64,000 nt of DNA from an uncultured Candidatus Saccharibacteria bacterium (GCA_964634445.1 CAZWJA010000004.1:13258-77257); one strand, 5' to 3'. Counted from the stretch's first letter, positions 20,068-28,463 are shown. Numbers and translations are program-made. Notes: generated by a model not told the origin, from the letters alone.

Positions 20068-21390
20068 ATGTCGCTAAACCAACAGATAATTGACGAGGCT
20101 GAGAAAGTGCTAAACAACAACAGCCAGGGCAGCTTCACCATGCCAGCTGAGAATCTTTACCCACATCAATGGCTTTGGGATAGTTGCTTTATTTCAATTG
20201 GACTTAGACACCTTGATATAGAGCGAGCTCAACTTGAGCTTACATCATTACTTCGTGGGCAATGGAGCAACGGTATGCTACCTAATATGATCTTCGACGA
20301 AGCTTTGATTTATACTCAGGATCGTAATATTTGGCGCAGCCAGCTGTCTATCTTTGCTCCGGACGATACTAGTACAACTGGAATCACCCAGCCGCCAATG
20401 CTGGCAGAAGCTGTAGTTCAAATAGGTCAAAAGCTTAGCAAGCCCGAGCGACGGAGCTGGTATACAACCATGTTTCCAGCACTAGTGGCATACCATGAAT
20501 GGCTATATAGCGAACGAGATCCTAAATACAGCGGATTAGTCCTGCAGATACACCCTTATGAGACTGGCTTGGACAGTACACCACCATGGTTGGATCAGTT
20601 GCATAGACATCACAAGCCATGGTGGGCGACTTTTATCAAGAAGACCGGTTTAGACAACTTTGTAGAATTAGTTAGACGGGATACGCGGCATGTGCCACCC
20701 GGACAGCGTATGGGCAACTTAGATGCTCTGCTGTATTACGATGTCATTCGGAAACTACGCAACAAACACTACGATATTAAGAAAATACTTAGAAAATCCA
20801 GCTTTGCCATCCAAGATTTGACGTTCAATAGCATATTCATAAGAGCTAACGAATGCTTAAGCGAAATAGCCGATACGATTGATCAGAATTTACCTGAACA
20901 TCTAGCTGAATGTATGACTAAAAGCCGACTGGTATTGGAACAGCTGTGGGACGGCTACAGCAGCCAGTACTATTCTAGGAACTATTACACTAACAAACTG
21001 ATTAGAGTACCTAGTATTGCTACTCTTATGCCGCTATATGCAGGCTGTATTTCACCCGAGAGAGCCGAGCAATTAGTTAAAATGCTGCACCAGAACAATA
21101 TGTTCGATTCTCCGTTTCCGGTAGCTAGCGTACCGCTTAGCTCTAAGGATTTCAGCGCATTAAGGTACTGGCAGGGACCAACCTGGTTAAACACTAACTG
21201 GCTAATAGTAAAAGGCTTAGAAAGATATGGATATAAAGTAGAAGCTAAGATCATTAAGCAGAGCTCAATTGCTTTAGTGGAACAAAACGGGTTTTACGAA
21301 TACTTCAGCCCGATAGATGGCACACCCGCAGGAGCTAAGAACTTTAGCTGGACTGCGGCTCTGGCGATTGATCTTCTGAAGCAGAAATAA
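20068..21390 (+). CDS. GH63-like (alpha/alpha)6 glycoside hydrolase (glucosylglycerate/mannosylglycerate hydrolase-like)
   Basis: 440 aa. The YPHQWLWDSCF motif and size recall MGH/GgH-type GH63-like enzymes. Recognition is from memory only. Confidence 0.6.
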   Translation: MSLNQQIIDEAEKVLNNNSQGSFTMPAENLYPHQWLWDSCFISIGLRHLDIERAQLELTSLLRGQWSNGMLPNMIFDEALIYTQDRNIWRSQLSIFAPDDTSTTGITQPPMLAEAVVQIGQKLSKPERRSWYTTMFPALVAYHEWLYSERDPKYSGLVLQIHPYETGLDSTPPWLDQLHRHHKPWWATFIKKTGLDNFVELVRRDTRHVPPGQRMGNLDALLYYDVIRKLRNKHYDIKKILRKSSFAIQDLTFNSIFIRANECLSEIADTIDQNLPEHLAECMTKSRLVLEQLWDGYSSQYYSRNYYTNKLIRVPSIATLMPLYAGCISPERAEQLVKMLHQNNMFDSPFPVASVPLSSKDFSALRYWQGPTWLNTNWLIVKGLERYGYKVEAKIIKQSSIALVEQNGFYEYFSPIDGTPAGAKNFSWTAALAIDLLKQK

Positions 21391-21748
21391 TTTCCGACAT
21401 TATATTTTTAAATATTTTAATTTTTTCAGCAAATTCATTTGCTTCAGCGAAGATAGACTGAGCGCTTCGGCTGCCGACCCAGAATTCCCAGTATTCAAGT
21501 GCAACCCTGGGGTCGGGTTTTTCACCGCACCATTCTAGTATTTTAAATTGCTTTAGATCGTCTAACTTAAATGCTTCGTCGATAAACTGCTGTGATGCAC
21601 TTAGTTCAATACCATGAACAGTATCCCTGGCTTCTTCCACGCTTAGGCCCTGCGTCTCTTGAAAAAACCTTACATTTAAGGTTCTGTTTTCCTCTAACAC
21701 CAAGTGGGCTTCTACAACTAGATTAGGCGTTATCTCAGGACTGGTCAT
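21344..21748 (-). CDS. hypothetical acidic protein
   Basis: 134-aa ORF. Its 3' end overlaps the convergent glycosidase gene by 47 nt. Confidence 0.45.
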   Translation of the reverse strand: MTSPEITPNLVVEAHLVLEENRTLNVRFFQETQGLSVEEARDTVHGIELSASQQFIDEAFKLDDLKQFKILEWCGEKPDPRVALEYWEFWVGSRSAQSIFAEANEFAEKIKIFKNIMSEIISASEDQSPEPQSS

Positions 21749-21829
21749 ATAAGTATATTTATATACTATTAATAACTTTTAGCAACTATATTCTTAATAT
21801 CAGCTTACTATTATTAATGCTAATAATGG

Positions 21830-23077
21830 CTACAAAAGTACGTTGCTATCTTCTTCTACGATTTCTGCTTCAGCTGTTGTTTTGTCGGCTAAAACCTGTA
21901 CTTTGTTAAGCTGACGTTCAATTGTCCGGCTCTTGGTGCTGGCTGTATCAATGTTCTTAGTGGCTTGAACTAGCTTTTCTCGCGTCTTGTCCAGAAGATC
22001 ACCAAACTTACCAAATTCACCTTTTATTCCTGTCAGCAGTTCCCATACTTGTCCGGTTTGTTCGGCAATTGCCAGCGTCCTAAAGCCAAGTTGGTAGCTG
22101 CTAAGTATGGCCGCAATTGTAGTTGGTCCGGCAATGGTTACCCGGTATTCGCTCTGAAGCATTTCAAATAGTCCCGGTTCGCGTAGAATCTCAGCAAACA
22201 TGCCTTCAGTAGGCACGTATAAGACAGCAAAGTCGGTTGTTTTAGGCGGGGCGATATATTTGTTTTTAATTGACTTAGCCTCTATTTTAACTCTGGCTAC
22301 CATAGCTTTTTGCGCGGCTGCAGCCAGAACTGCGTCGCCTTTTTCCTGGGCAACAACCAGGCGCTGGTAATCTTCCAATGGAAATTTAGAGTCAATCGGC
22401 AAATATATAAATCCATTAGCCGAGCTTTTGTCTGGCAGCTTAATAGCAAAATCGACAACTTCGCTTGATTTCGGGTTTACCCGAACCTGCTTTTCGTAGT
22501 GGTCCTTAATAAAGACTTGTTCTAGCAGGTTTTCCAGCTGGACTTCACCCCAGGTTCCTCTTGTTTTCACATTTGTTAGTACCCGTTTGAAGTCGCTGAC
22601 GTCTGTAGCTAAGTTCTGCATTTCACCGAGGCCTTTATGGACCATTTCCAGTCTCTCGCTGACAACCTTAAAACTTTGGCTAAGCCGCTTTTCAAGCGTA
22701 CTCTGTAGCTTCTCATCGACAGTGCTGCGCATTTTCTCTAGTTTCTCAGCATTGTCCTTCTGTAGAGATTCAAGCCTTGTTTCAACAGTCTTTCTAATAG
22801 ACTCCAGTTTTTCATCATTCTTGTCACGCATTTGGTCCAATCGCTTTTCTAGCGAGTCTCTAGACTGAACAAGTCCAGCGTTTATTTCCTGGCGCAGTTC
22901 TTTATTGGCACTAGCAAATTCTTTACGGTTCTGGGCAAATTCGCCTCTCGCAACACCGTCCATTCCATCCGAGCTGCTTTTCTTAATAAAGATAAGATAC
23001 ACAAGAAGTAGGATGTTTATAAAACCAATTGCCAACATAACTCCATTCATATGTCTAATTATAGCTCTTATGGTCAT
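21830..23077 (-). CDS. rmuC: DNA recombination protein RmuC
   Basis: 415 aa with an N-terminal TM segment, a long coiled coil (repeated LE/KL heptads), and a C-terminal RmuC nuclease-like domain (AVLYVPTEGMFAE). Confidence 0.8.
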   Translation of the reverse strand: MTIRAIIRHMNGVMLAIGFINILLLVYLIFIKKSSSDGMDGVARGEFAQNRKEFASANKELRQEINAGLVQSRDSLEKRLDQMRDKNDEKLESIRKTVETRLESLQKDNAEKLEKMRSTVDEKLQSTLEKRLSQSFKVVSERLEMVHKGLGEMQNLATDVSDFKRVLTNVKTRGTWGEVQLENLLEQVFIKDHYEKQVRVNPKSSEVVDFAIKLPDKSSANGFIYLPIDSKFPLEDYQRLVVAQEKGDAVLAAAAQKAMVARVKIEAKSIKNKYIAPPKTTDFAVLYVPTEGMFAEILREPGLFEMLQSEYRVTIAGPTTIAAILSSYQLGFRTLAIAEQTGQVWELLTGIKGEFGKFGDLLDKTREKLVQATKNIDTASTKSRTIERQLNKVQVLADKTTAEAEIVEEDSNVLL

Positions 23078-23252
23078 ATTGGTCGAATATATAGCGGTAT
23101 ATAAAAAAGGAACCCCGGCATATAACCAGGGTTCGCGGGAAGCCTCACACTTCCTTATCTAGCTTATGCCTAATAAAGTGCTAATGCAAGTGAGATAATA
23201 GAAAATAAAACTACCATTAAACAGTTTTTTAAAGTATAATCACCCCTGTCGC

Positions 23253-23326
23253 TGGGGATTGGCCAAGTGGTAAGGCAGCGGATTCTGGTTCCGCGATCGG
23301 GGGTTCGAATCCCTCATCCCCAGCCA
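23253..23326 (+). tRNA. tRNA-Gln (anticodon CUG), CCA encoded
   Basis: Hand-folded cloverleaf. Acceptor TGGGGAT/ATCCCCA (U1:A72), D stem GCC/GGC, anticodon stem GCGGA/TCCGC with loop TTCTGGT, T arm GGGGG-TTCGAAT-CCCTC, discriminator G plus CCA. Confidence 0.9.
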
Positions 23327-23349
23327 AGTATTTCGTCAAAGGAGACATT

Positions 23350-24060
23350 TTGGCTCAAGATCATATTATTAGAGACGATGTAATTTCGTATCGGGAGATG
23401 TGCGACATTGAAAATGCTCAAACTCTTCAACGTGGTATGAATTTTAGATTAAATCCTAGTTATTCAGTGCTATTAATGTCTCAAAGGTCGAACGCCCCAT
23501 ATACAGACCGAATTCATGAAGATGGCGTCACTGTTGAGTATGAAGGTCATGATGTTTCTAGGAAGACGCACAATCACAATCCAAAGTTTGAAGATCAAGT
23601 TGATTATTTACCGTCGGGCAAGCGAACCCAAAATGGATTATTTATCAAAGCTGTCGAAAATTATAAAAACGGCAAAACCAGACCAGAATTGGTTAGAATA
23701 TATGAAAAAGTATTGCCAGGCGTTTGGTCCTTAAAAGGTATCTTTAAACTCATTGATTACAAAGTTGTTTTTGATAATGGCAGGAATGTTTTCAGATTTA
23801 TACTACGTTTGTCTGATGATCAAATAATTAATAAAGGGGCAAATTCACAAGATATCGAACATACAAGGGTTATCCCCAGTAAAGTCAAACTAGAAGTATG
23901 GAAAAGAGACAATGGTCAATGTGTTTTGTGTGGTACTACAGAAAATCTACACTTTGACCATGAATTGCCTTTTTCAATAGGTGGCACAAGTCTGACAGCC
24001 AATAACATTAGACTTCTTTGCATGAAACATAATCTTCAAAAATCAGCAAAAATTGAATAA
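23350..24060 (+). CDS. HNH endonuclease with N-terminal SRA/PUA-like putative modified-base reader domain (Type IV restriction-like)
   Basis: TTG start 5 nt after GGAG. C-terminal HNH motif CVLCGTTENLHFDHELPFSIGGTSLTANNIRLLCMKHNLQK. The N-terminal ~170 aa follow an SRA-like motif order (QRGMNF, SVLLMS, YTDRIHEDGVTVEYEGHD, EDQ...NGLFIKAVE, LVRIYEKV, VFRFILRL). Confidence 0.7.
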   Translation: MAQDHIIRDDVISYREMCDIENAQTLQRGMNFRLNPSYSVLLMSQRSNAPYTDRIHEDGVTVEYEGHDVSRKTHNHNPKFEDQVDYLPSGKRTQNGLFIKAVENYKNGKTRPELVRIYEKVLPGVWSLKGIFKLIDYKVVFDNGRNVFRFILRLSDDQIINKGANSQDIEHTRVIPSKVKLEVWKRDNGQCVLCGTTENLHFDHELPFSIGGTSLTANNIRLLCMKHNLQKSAKIE

Positions 24061-24095
24061 ATACGGGCCTTGTCGCTCAGTCTGGTATTTAGTGG

Positions 24096-24385
24096 CTAAA
24101 GATTTTCTAAAGGTATTCCCGTTTTATCAGAAACTTTTCTTGCCCATACTAGCAGTTTCTCGAACTGATTATCACGAGCTGTTATTCAGTTTCATACTTA
24201 TCTATTCTAGAAATAAAACCGTCAATTGTATTTATCAGCCGATCATACTTAGATTCCATCACATTAAAACGCTCGTCAACTTGTTTCATAAAAGTATGCA
24301 AAATATCTGTCAGATCATTAAAAGACTCATCGATTTTGTTGTTCAGATCAGTGATATCTTTTTTTGTTACTACTTCGCTCATCAC
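24096..24385 (-). pseudogene. small coiled-coil protein gene interrupted by a frameshift
   Basis: Frame A (GTG 24385 / ATG 24382 to TAA 24184-24182) encodes (M)MSEVVTKKDITDLNNKIDES...RIDKYETE. From 24185 to TAG 24098-24096 a second frame, offset by one base, stays open and encodes ITARDNQFEKLLVWARKVSDKTGIPLENL. The total of 290 nt is one base short of a multiple of 3. Confidence 0.5.
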
Positions 24386-24409
24386 CCTATTATATCACCA
24401 ACTTCATCT

Positions 24410-24440
24410 GCGACCGGGTTAGAATCCTTCATCTACAACC
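24410..24440 (+). repeat. degenerate copy of the tRNA-Gln 3' portion (variable loop, T arm, acceptor)
   Basis: GCGACCGGGTTAGAATCCTTCATCT aligned by hand to tRNA-Gln 23293-23319 (GCGATCGGGGGTTCGAATCCCTCATCC) gives 21 of 25 aligned positions identical with one 2-nt gap. Same orientation as the tRNA. The T stem no longer pairs. Confidence 0.5.
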
Positions 24441-24509
24441 TTATATATAAAGTTTTTTTAATTAAAATATTAGAAAAAAAGATAGTATTAAACTTGAGTA
24501 AAATTGTTA

Positions 24510-24785
24510 TCAATCAATGTTTCTTCCGTGTGTATGTCCGAGCCTATACTCGCCAATCAGCGATCCAACTACCATACTTCTCATAGTTGCCTGTGCTATA
24601 AGTAACTCTGCTTTTGTCATACCTGGGCGAAACAGAGTTGATATTTGACTTGCTGTCGAACGAGCTTCCTCAATCCGCCAGAGCTCATTTTCTTCACTTG
24701 TGCCGAACACAGTAAATTCAGGTACTACAAGCGGAGTTTCCGCGCTACTTTCTGTTACTTCCGGCACAAACTCAAATCTAGCCAT
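24510..24785 (-). CDS. hypothetical protein (91 aa)
   Basis: ORF with plausible amino-acid composition (MARFEFVPEVTESSAETPLV...). No SD or motif recognised. Confidence 0.4.
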   Translation of the reverse strand: MARFEFVPEVTESSAETPLVVPEFTVFGTSEENELWRIEEARSTASQISTLFRPGMTKAELLIAQATMRSMVVGSLIGEYRLGHTHGRNID

Positions 24786-24933
24786 ATTTTAGTAATTCTA
24801 ACTATGCATAAAATATTTGCAAGAATAAGAATTTAGAATTTAGTAGTAGCATGCCTAACAATCACCGGAAATGACTTCCAGGTGTTATATAGGAGTATAA
24901 TTTAGACATAATTAAATTACGGGGGACAGCAAT

Positions 24934-25014
24934 ATGGCTAAATTCGAAATTTACAAGTGTAATAACGGATATCGCTGCAGACCAAATGCCTCCGCATGCG
25001 ATACTAATATTTAA
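24934..25014 (+). CDS. 26-aa micro-ORF resembling the N-terminus of a YegP/DUF1508 repeat (possible remnant)
   Basis: MAKFEIYKCNNGYRCRPNASACDTNI compares with the DUF1508 start KFE(I/V)YKD..G.(Y/W)R(F/W)RL.A.NGE. A GGGGGA purine tract lies 7 nt upstream. Its TAA directly abuts the next ATG (TAAATG). Confidence 0.35.
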   Translation: MAKFEIYKCNNGYRCRPNASACDTNI

Positions 25015-25587
25015 ATGAATTTACAATCTACCATCAGTAAATCTATCGGTGAAGACGTTCAGCAGCAAATTGCTAATAAAACTAATACAAGTCCTGATAA
25101 GGTAAATAGCATTATTACGTCTAGTCTTCCTATTCTTCTTGGTACGCTTGGAAAAAATGCATCTAGAGATAAAGGTGCGGCAGAATTGTCGCAAACTCTA
25201 GACGAAAAACATGACGGATCTCTGCTATCTAATATTGGAGATTTGTTTACTAAAAGCGGCGATACGAACTCAGAGGGCGATAAGATCCTTGGACATATAT
25301 TTGATTCCAAATCAGATGCCACAGAAAAAATTGCAAAAAAGAACGGAGTTGATATTTCTACTGTAATAAAGGTGTTAAGCTTCATTGCCCCAATAGTCCT
25401 AGCTCAGCTCGGCAAGAAGAAGATTGAATCAAAATTGGACAAAGGCGGTCTAACAGATTTATTAAAACAGCAAAAAACAGCTAATGGCAATCCATTAATG
25501 GACATCGCGACTAAATTCTTTGATAAAGATGGCGACGGTCAAGTTGTAGATGACCTATTTAATATGTTTAGTAAAGGAGCAAAGTAA
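25015..25587 (+). CDS. DUF937-family protein with C-terminal DxDxDG calcium-binding-type loop
   Basis: The layout LPILLGTLGKNASRDKGAAELSQTLDEKHDGSLL...ILGHIF...IAPIVLAQLGKK matches the DUF937 pattern as I recall it. C-terminal FDKDGDGQVVDD loop. Confidence 0.7.
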   Translation: MNLQSTISKSIGEDVQQQIANKTNTSPDKVNSIITSSLPILLGTLGKNASRDKGAAELSQTLDEKHDGSLLSNIGDLFTKSGDTNSEGDKILGHIFDSKSDATEKIAKKNGVDISTVIKVLSFIAPIVLAQLGKKKIESKLDKGGLTDLLKQQKTANGNPLMDIATKFFDKDGDGQVVDDLFNMFSKGAK

Positions 25588-26216
25588 TGGCAAGTACAGA
25601 TAAGAACACAGAAAAAAGTCAGCCGGCAAAAACTGTCGATGACTCGGCGAAAATAGCCAAAGAACGACAGAAAAATGCCGAAGGCGGTTTTTTCCTTAGA
25701 TCAGCGGTCTGGCTATTGTCTAGATTCCCACTTACAAAAAATAGATATCAGAATTGGACTTCCGGTAGAAGAATATTAGTCGGCTGGATATTATGGTTAA
25801 TTTGTCTACCGATTATTCCGATCGCAGCCATAATCTTGTGGTGGCTTAAGGATCCTGAAGGATTTAAGAAAAGTCCGTGGGCTAAGGCATTAGTTGCGCT
25901 GGCTGTTGTATGGGCCGGAGCATTCGGTATAGTTGCGACCTCACCAGCCCAGCTGGATCAGAACGGCAAATACTCGCCAGTCCAGACTCAAGCTGACGGA
26001 GAAAAAGGATCAGTCACTGACAAGCCAGCCTCAGCAGCGTCCGAATCTGCAAAGGAAAAGATAAAAAACCAATCTGAAAGCAAGCAGTCCAATGGCCGAA
26101 GCTTTGACAACTGTACAGAAGCATTTGATGCCGGCGTATTCAATATAAAAAGATCTGATTCATCATACGATAATAAACTCGACCGTGATAACGATGGTAT
26201 TGCCTGCGAACGTTAA
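25587..26216 (+). CDS. membrane protein with C-terminal Excalibur calcium-binding domain
   Basis: TAATG 1-nt overlap with the upstream gene, with AAAGGAG inside that gene's end. Hydrophobic segments are present. C-terminal FDNCTEAF...LDRDNDGIACE is the Excalibur motif. Confidence 0.75.
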   Translation: MASTDKNTEKSQPAKTVDDSAKIAKERQKNAEGGFFLRSAVWLLSRFPLTKNRYQNWTSGRRILVGWILWLICLPIIPIAAIILWWLKDPEGFKKSPWAKALVALAVVWAGAFGIVATSPAQLDQNGKYSPVQTQADGEKGSVTDKPASAASESAKEKIKNQSESKQSNGRSFDNCTEAFDAGVFNIKRSDSSYDNKLDRDNDGIACER

Positions 26217-26356
26217 ATACATAAAATTCAAAATATTTAGTTAAACGAATTTTAATATATACAAATGTATATTTGTTCTTACATATTGATTGTAATTCAA
26301 AGCTGTATTGCTTATCATTAAGCTATCTTGTAATAAAGTAAGTGCTGTAAAGCTAT

Positions 26357-27475
26357 ATGATAAAAACTAAACTGAATCGATTTTTGAAGTACGAAAAGAC
26401 TTTAGCATTTATTTTAATAATTGGTATTAGTGCAGTTGGCACTTTTTTGTTAGTTAATACTAGAGCTGCAACACCCACAGCAGCTTTTGAGACTGAACTT
26501 GGCAGTATAATTTCTCCTGCGAAAATATTAGATAACATTCCTAGTGCATCAAATAGTAAGGGTGTACTTTTTGCCAATAATTCCGTTGCCAATCCAGTAA
26601 GTTCAGACAATCCTTGCGTCGGTAATTCTGCTCCTTCTGCTGGTTGGAAACATATCGTGGTTCTAATGTTTGAAAACAAAACTTACAACTCCGTTATCGG
26701 GTCGGCAAGCGCACCTTACATATCTAGTCTTGCCAATAAATGTGGAAGCTATACAGCTTGGAAAGACGCCAACTTAAAAGTAAATGGAACAGTGGATGGT
26801 AGTTATAGTTCAAAACCTAATTACGCAACCTTAACTAGCGGTGTACCACCAAGTGTACACGGTATGATAGATAATACTTTTACTACAACAAGTAGTGTAG
26901 ATAATATTTTCAATCGTCTTAAAAATATAGGTAAATCGGCAAAAGTATATCAGAATGGCGTCGCTAACAGTTGTAACAAATCCAATTTCAGCGGGTCATA
27001 CCATGATCCCCTTCGTTACTACACTAATTTAGGAGGCCAATCAGCGGATACAACTACTTATTGCAACAAGAATGATATCCCACTCAGTAACTTCATGACA
27101 GATGTTAATAATGGCAATTTGCCAGCTTATTCAATGATTATTCCAACTAACAATGAGAACATGCATGACAATTCGATATCAAGTGGTGACTCATGGGCTC
27201 AAGCATTCCTAGTCCCGCTTCTTGATAGTGCTCAGTATAAATCAGGCGATACAGCAGTTTTCTTCTTATGGGATGAAGATACACCGATACCAAATGTACT
27301 GATAGCTCCATCTATCGACAGCGGTTCAAAGCCTGCTATTCCTGGGGCTGGCAGTAACCCGATTGGGCATTATAGTGCGCTAAGAACCTGGCAAGAAATG
27401 TTGGGTGTATCACCGTTTCTTGGTGACAGTGGTCAGGCCCCTAGTTTGCTTAGTTATTTTAATGGGAGTTTATAG
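26357..27475 (+). CDS. secreted/anchored phosphoesterase-family protein (acid phosphatase / phospholipase C family)
   Basis: N-terminal signal-anchor (LAFILIIGISAVGTFLLV). HIVVLMFENKTYNSVIG matches the phosphoesterase-family start (vvvlm.EN.sfd...G). Confidence 0.65.
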   Translation: MIKTKLNRFLKYEKTLAFILIIGISAVGTFLLVNTRAATPTAAFETELGSIISPAKILDNIPSASNSKGVLFANNSVANPVSSDNPCVGNSAPSAGWKHIVVLMFENKTYNSVIGSASAPYISSLANKCGSYTAWKDANLKVNGTVDGSYSSKPNYATLTSGVPPSVHGMIDNTFTTTSSVDNIFNRLKNIGKSAKVYQNGVANSCNKSNFSGSYHDPLRYYTNLGGQSADTTTYCNKNDIPLSNFMTDVNNGNLPAYSMIIPTNNENMHDNSISSGDSWAQAFLVPLLDSAQYKSGDTAVFFLWDEDTPIPNVLIAPSIDSGSKPAIPGAGSNPIGHYSALRTWQEMLGVSPFLGDSGQAPSLLSYFNGSL

Positions 27476-27477
27476 CA

Positions 27478-27966
27478 ATGGTTTTGCATTCAACTCGTTT
27501 GCGGTCTAGAAGAATTGTATTACTAATATTGTTTATAGTTTTTTTGGTGCTACTAGTCCTGACATTCAAAGCAACTAGAAAAGATAAAGTTCCAATAAAT
27601 TCAAATGCTCCTATTTCTAATTCACAAGTTACTGTTCCAGCCTATGATCAGCGAATTAACGACCCTAATAAAAGCTTCGACATAGTCGTAGAACATGAAA
27701 AGATTGTTAAAGGACCTAGTAAGATCATTGTCAACAAAGGAGATACTGTGAGGGTGAATTTAACTGCTATCGGTGAAGAAGCAAAAGTGCATCTTGAGGT
27801 ATACGACATAATTACGGAGCATGACCCATCGGATAATGTACCCGGGGGGTTTAGCTTTGTAGCCGACAAACAAGGAACTTTTGATTTCTATGCATTAGGA
27901 GAAGCCTCTGCCGATGGTACGCCTAATAATTCAAAAAAACTCTTAGGTTCAATAATAGTAAAATAA
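27478..27966 (+). CDS. membrane-anchored hypothetical protein (possible cupredoxin-like beta-sandwich)
   Basis: 162 aa with an N-terminal TM (IVLLILFIVFLVLLVLTF). The IIVNKGDTVRVNL segment recalls cupredoxin-like domains, but the fold call is weak. Starts 2 nt after the phosphoesterase stop. Confidence 0.45.
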   Translation: MVLHSTRLRSRRIVLLILFIVFLVLLVLTFKATRKDKVPINSNAPISNSQVTVPAYDQRINDPNKSFDIVVEHEKIVKGPSKIIVNKGDTVRVNLTAIGEEAKVHLEVYDIITEHDPSDNVPGGFSFVADKQGTFDFYALGEASADGTPNNSKKLLGSIIVK

Positions 27967-28018
27967 ATAGTTTCAATAATTACAGTTAAGCTTACTAATA
28001 ATACCGTATACTAGAATA

Positions 28019-28444
28019 ATGAAAGATATATTTACAAACGTAGAAACAAGATATGTGTTAGGTCTATTAGTTTCATTAATCTGTGGAATTCTGATCGGGG
28101 CTGAACGAGAGTTAAAGAAGAAACCGGCTGGAGTAAGCACTCAGACACTAGTAATTGGTGGTTCTATGACTTTCGCTTTTCTATCTCAGATATTAGGGGC
28201 TGGTGATCCTGCCAGGATAGCTGCTCAAATAGTTTCTGGTGTTGGTTTCTTAGGGGCTGGTATAATTTTACGATCTGAAAATGGCAGTAAGGTAACAAAC
28301 GTAACCACAGCCGCAAGTATTTGGTTTTCAGCTTCTATTGGTATGGCTATAGGGTTTAAATATTACGTAATTGCCTTATCAGCAGCGTTATTTGCCATCA
28401 TTATTTCTCGTATTCCAAAAATAGATAAGTTTTTAGAAGAATAA
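28019..28444 (+). CDS. MgtC/SapB-family membrane protein
   Basis: 141 aa. LICGILIGAERELKKKPAGVSTQTLV and GVGFLGAGIILR are typical MgtC-domain motifs. Confidence 0.8.
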   Translation: MKDIFTNVETRYVLGLLVSLICGILIGAERELKKKPAGVSTQTLVIGGSMTFAFLSQILGAGDPARIAAQIVSGVGFLGAGIILRSENGSKVTNVTTAASIWFSASIGMAIGFKYYVIALSAALFAIIISRIPKIDKFLEE

Positions 28445-28463
28445 TCTTATAATTCTTCGTTTT

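Noticed and set aside
24053-24586. 177-aa plus-strand ORF overlapping the HNH gene stop
   Set aside because: Its composition (F/I/Y/L/C-rich, no motif) is typical of the antisense of AT-rich coding DNA. It lies opposite two better minus-strand ORFs, and it crosses the tRNA-like fragment and a promoter-like region.
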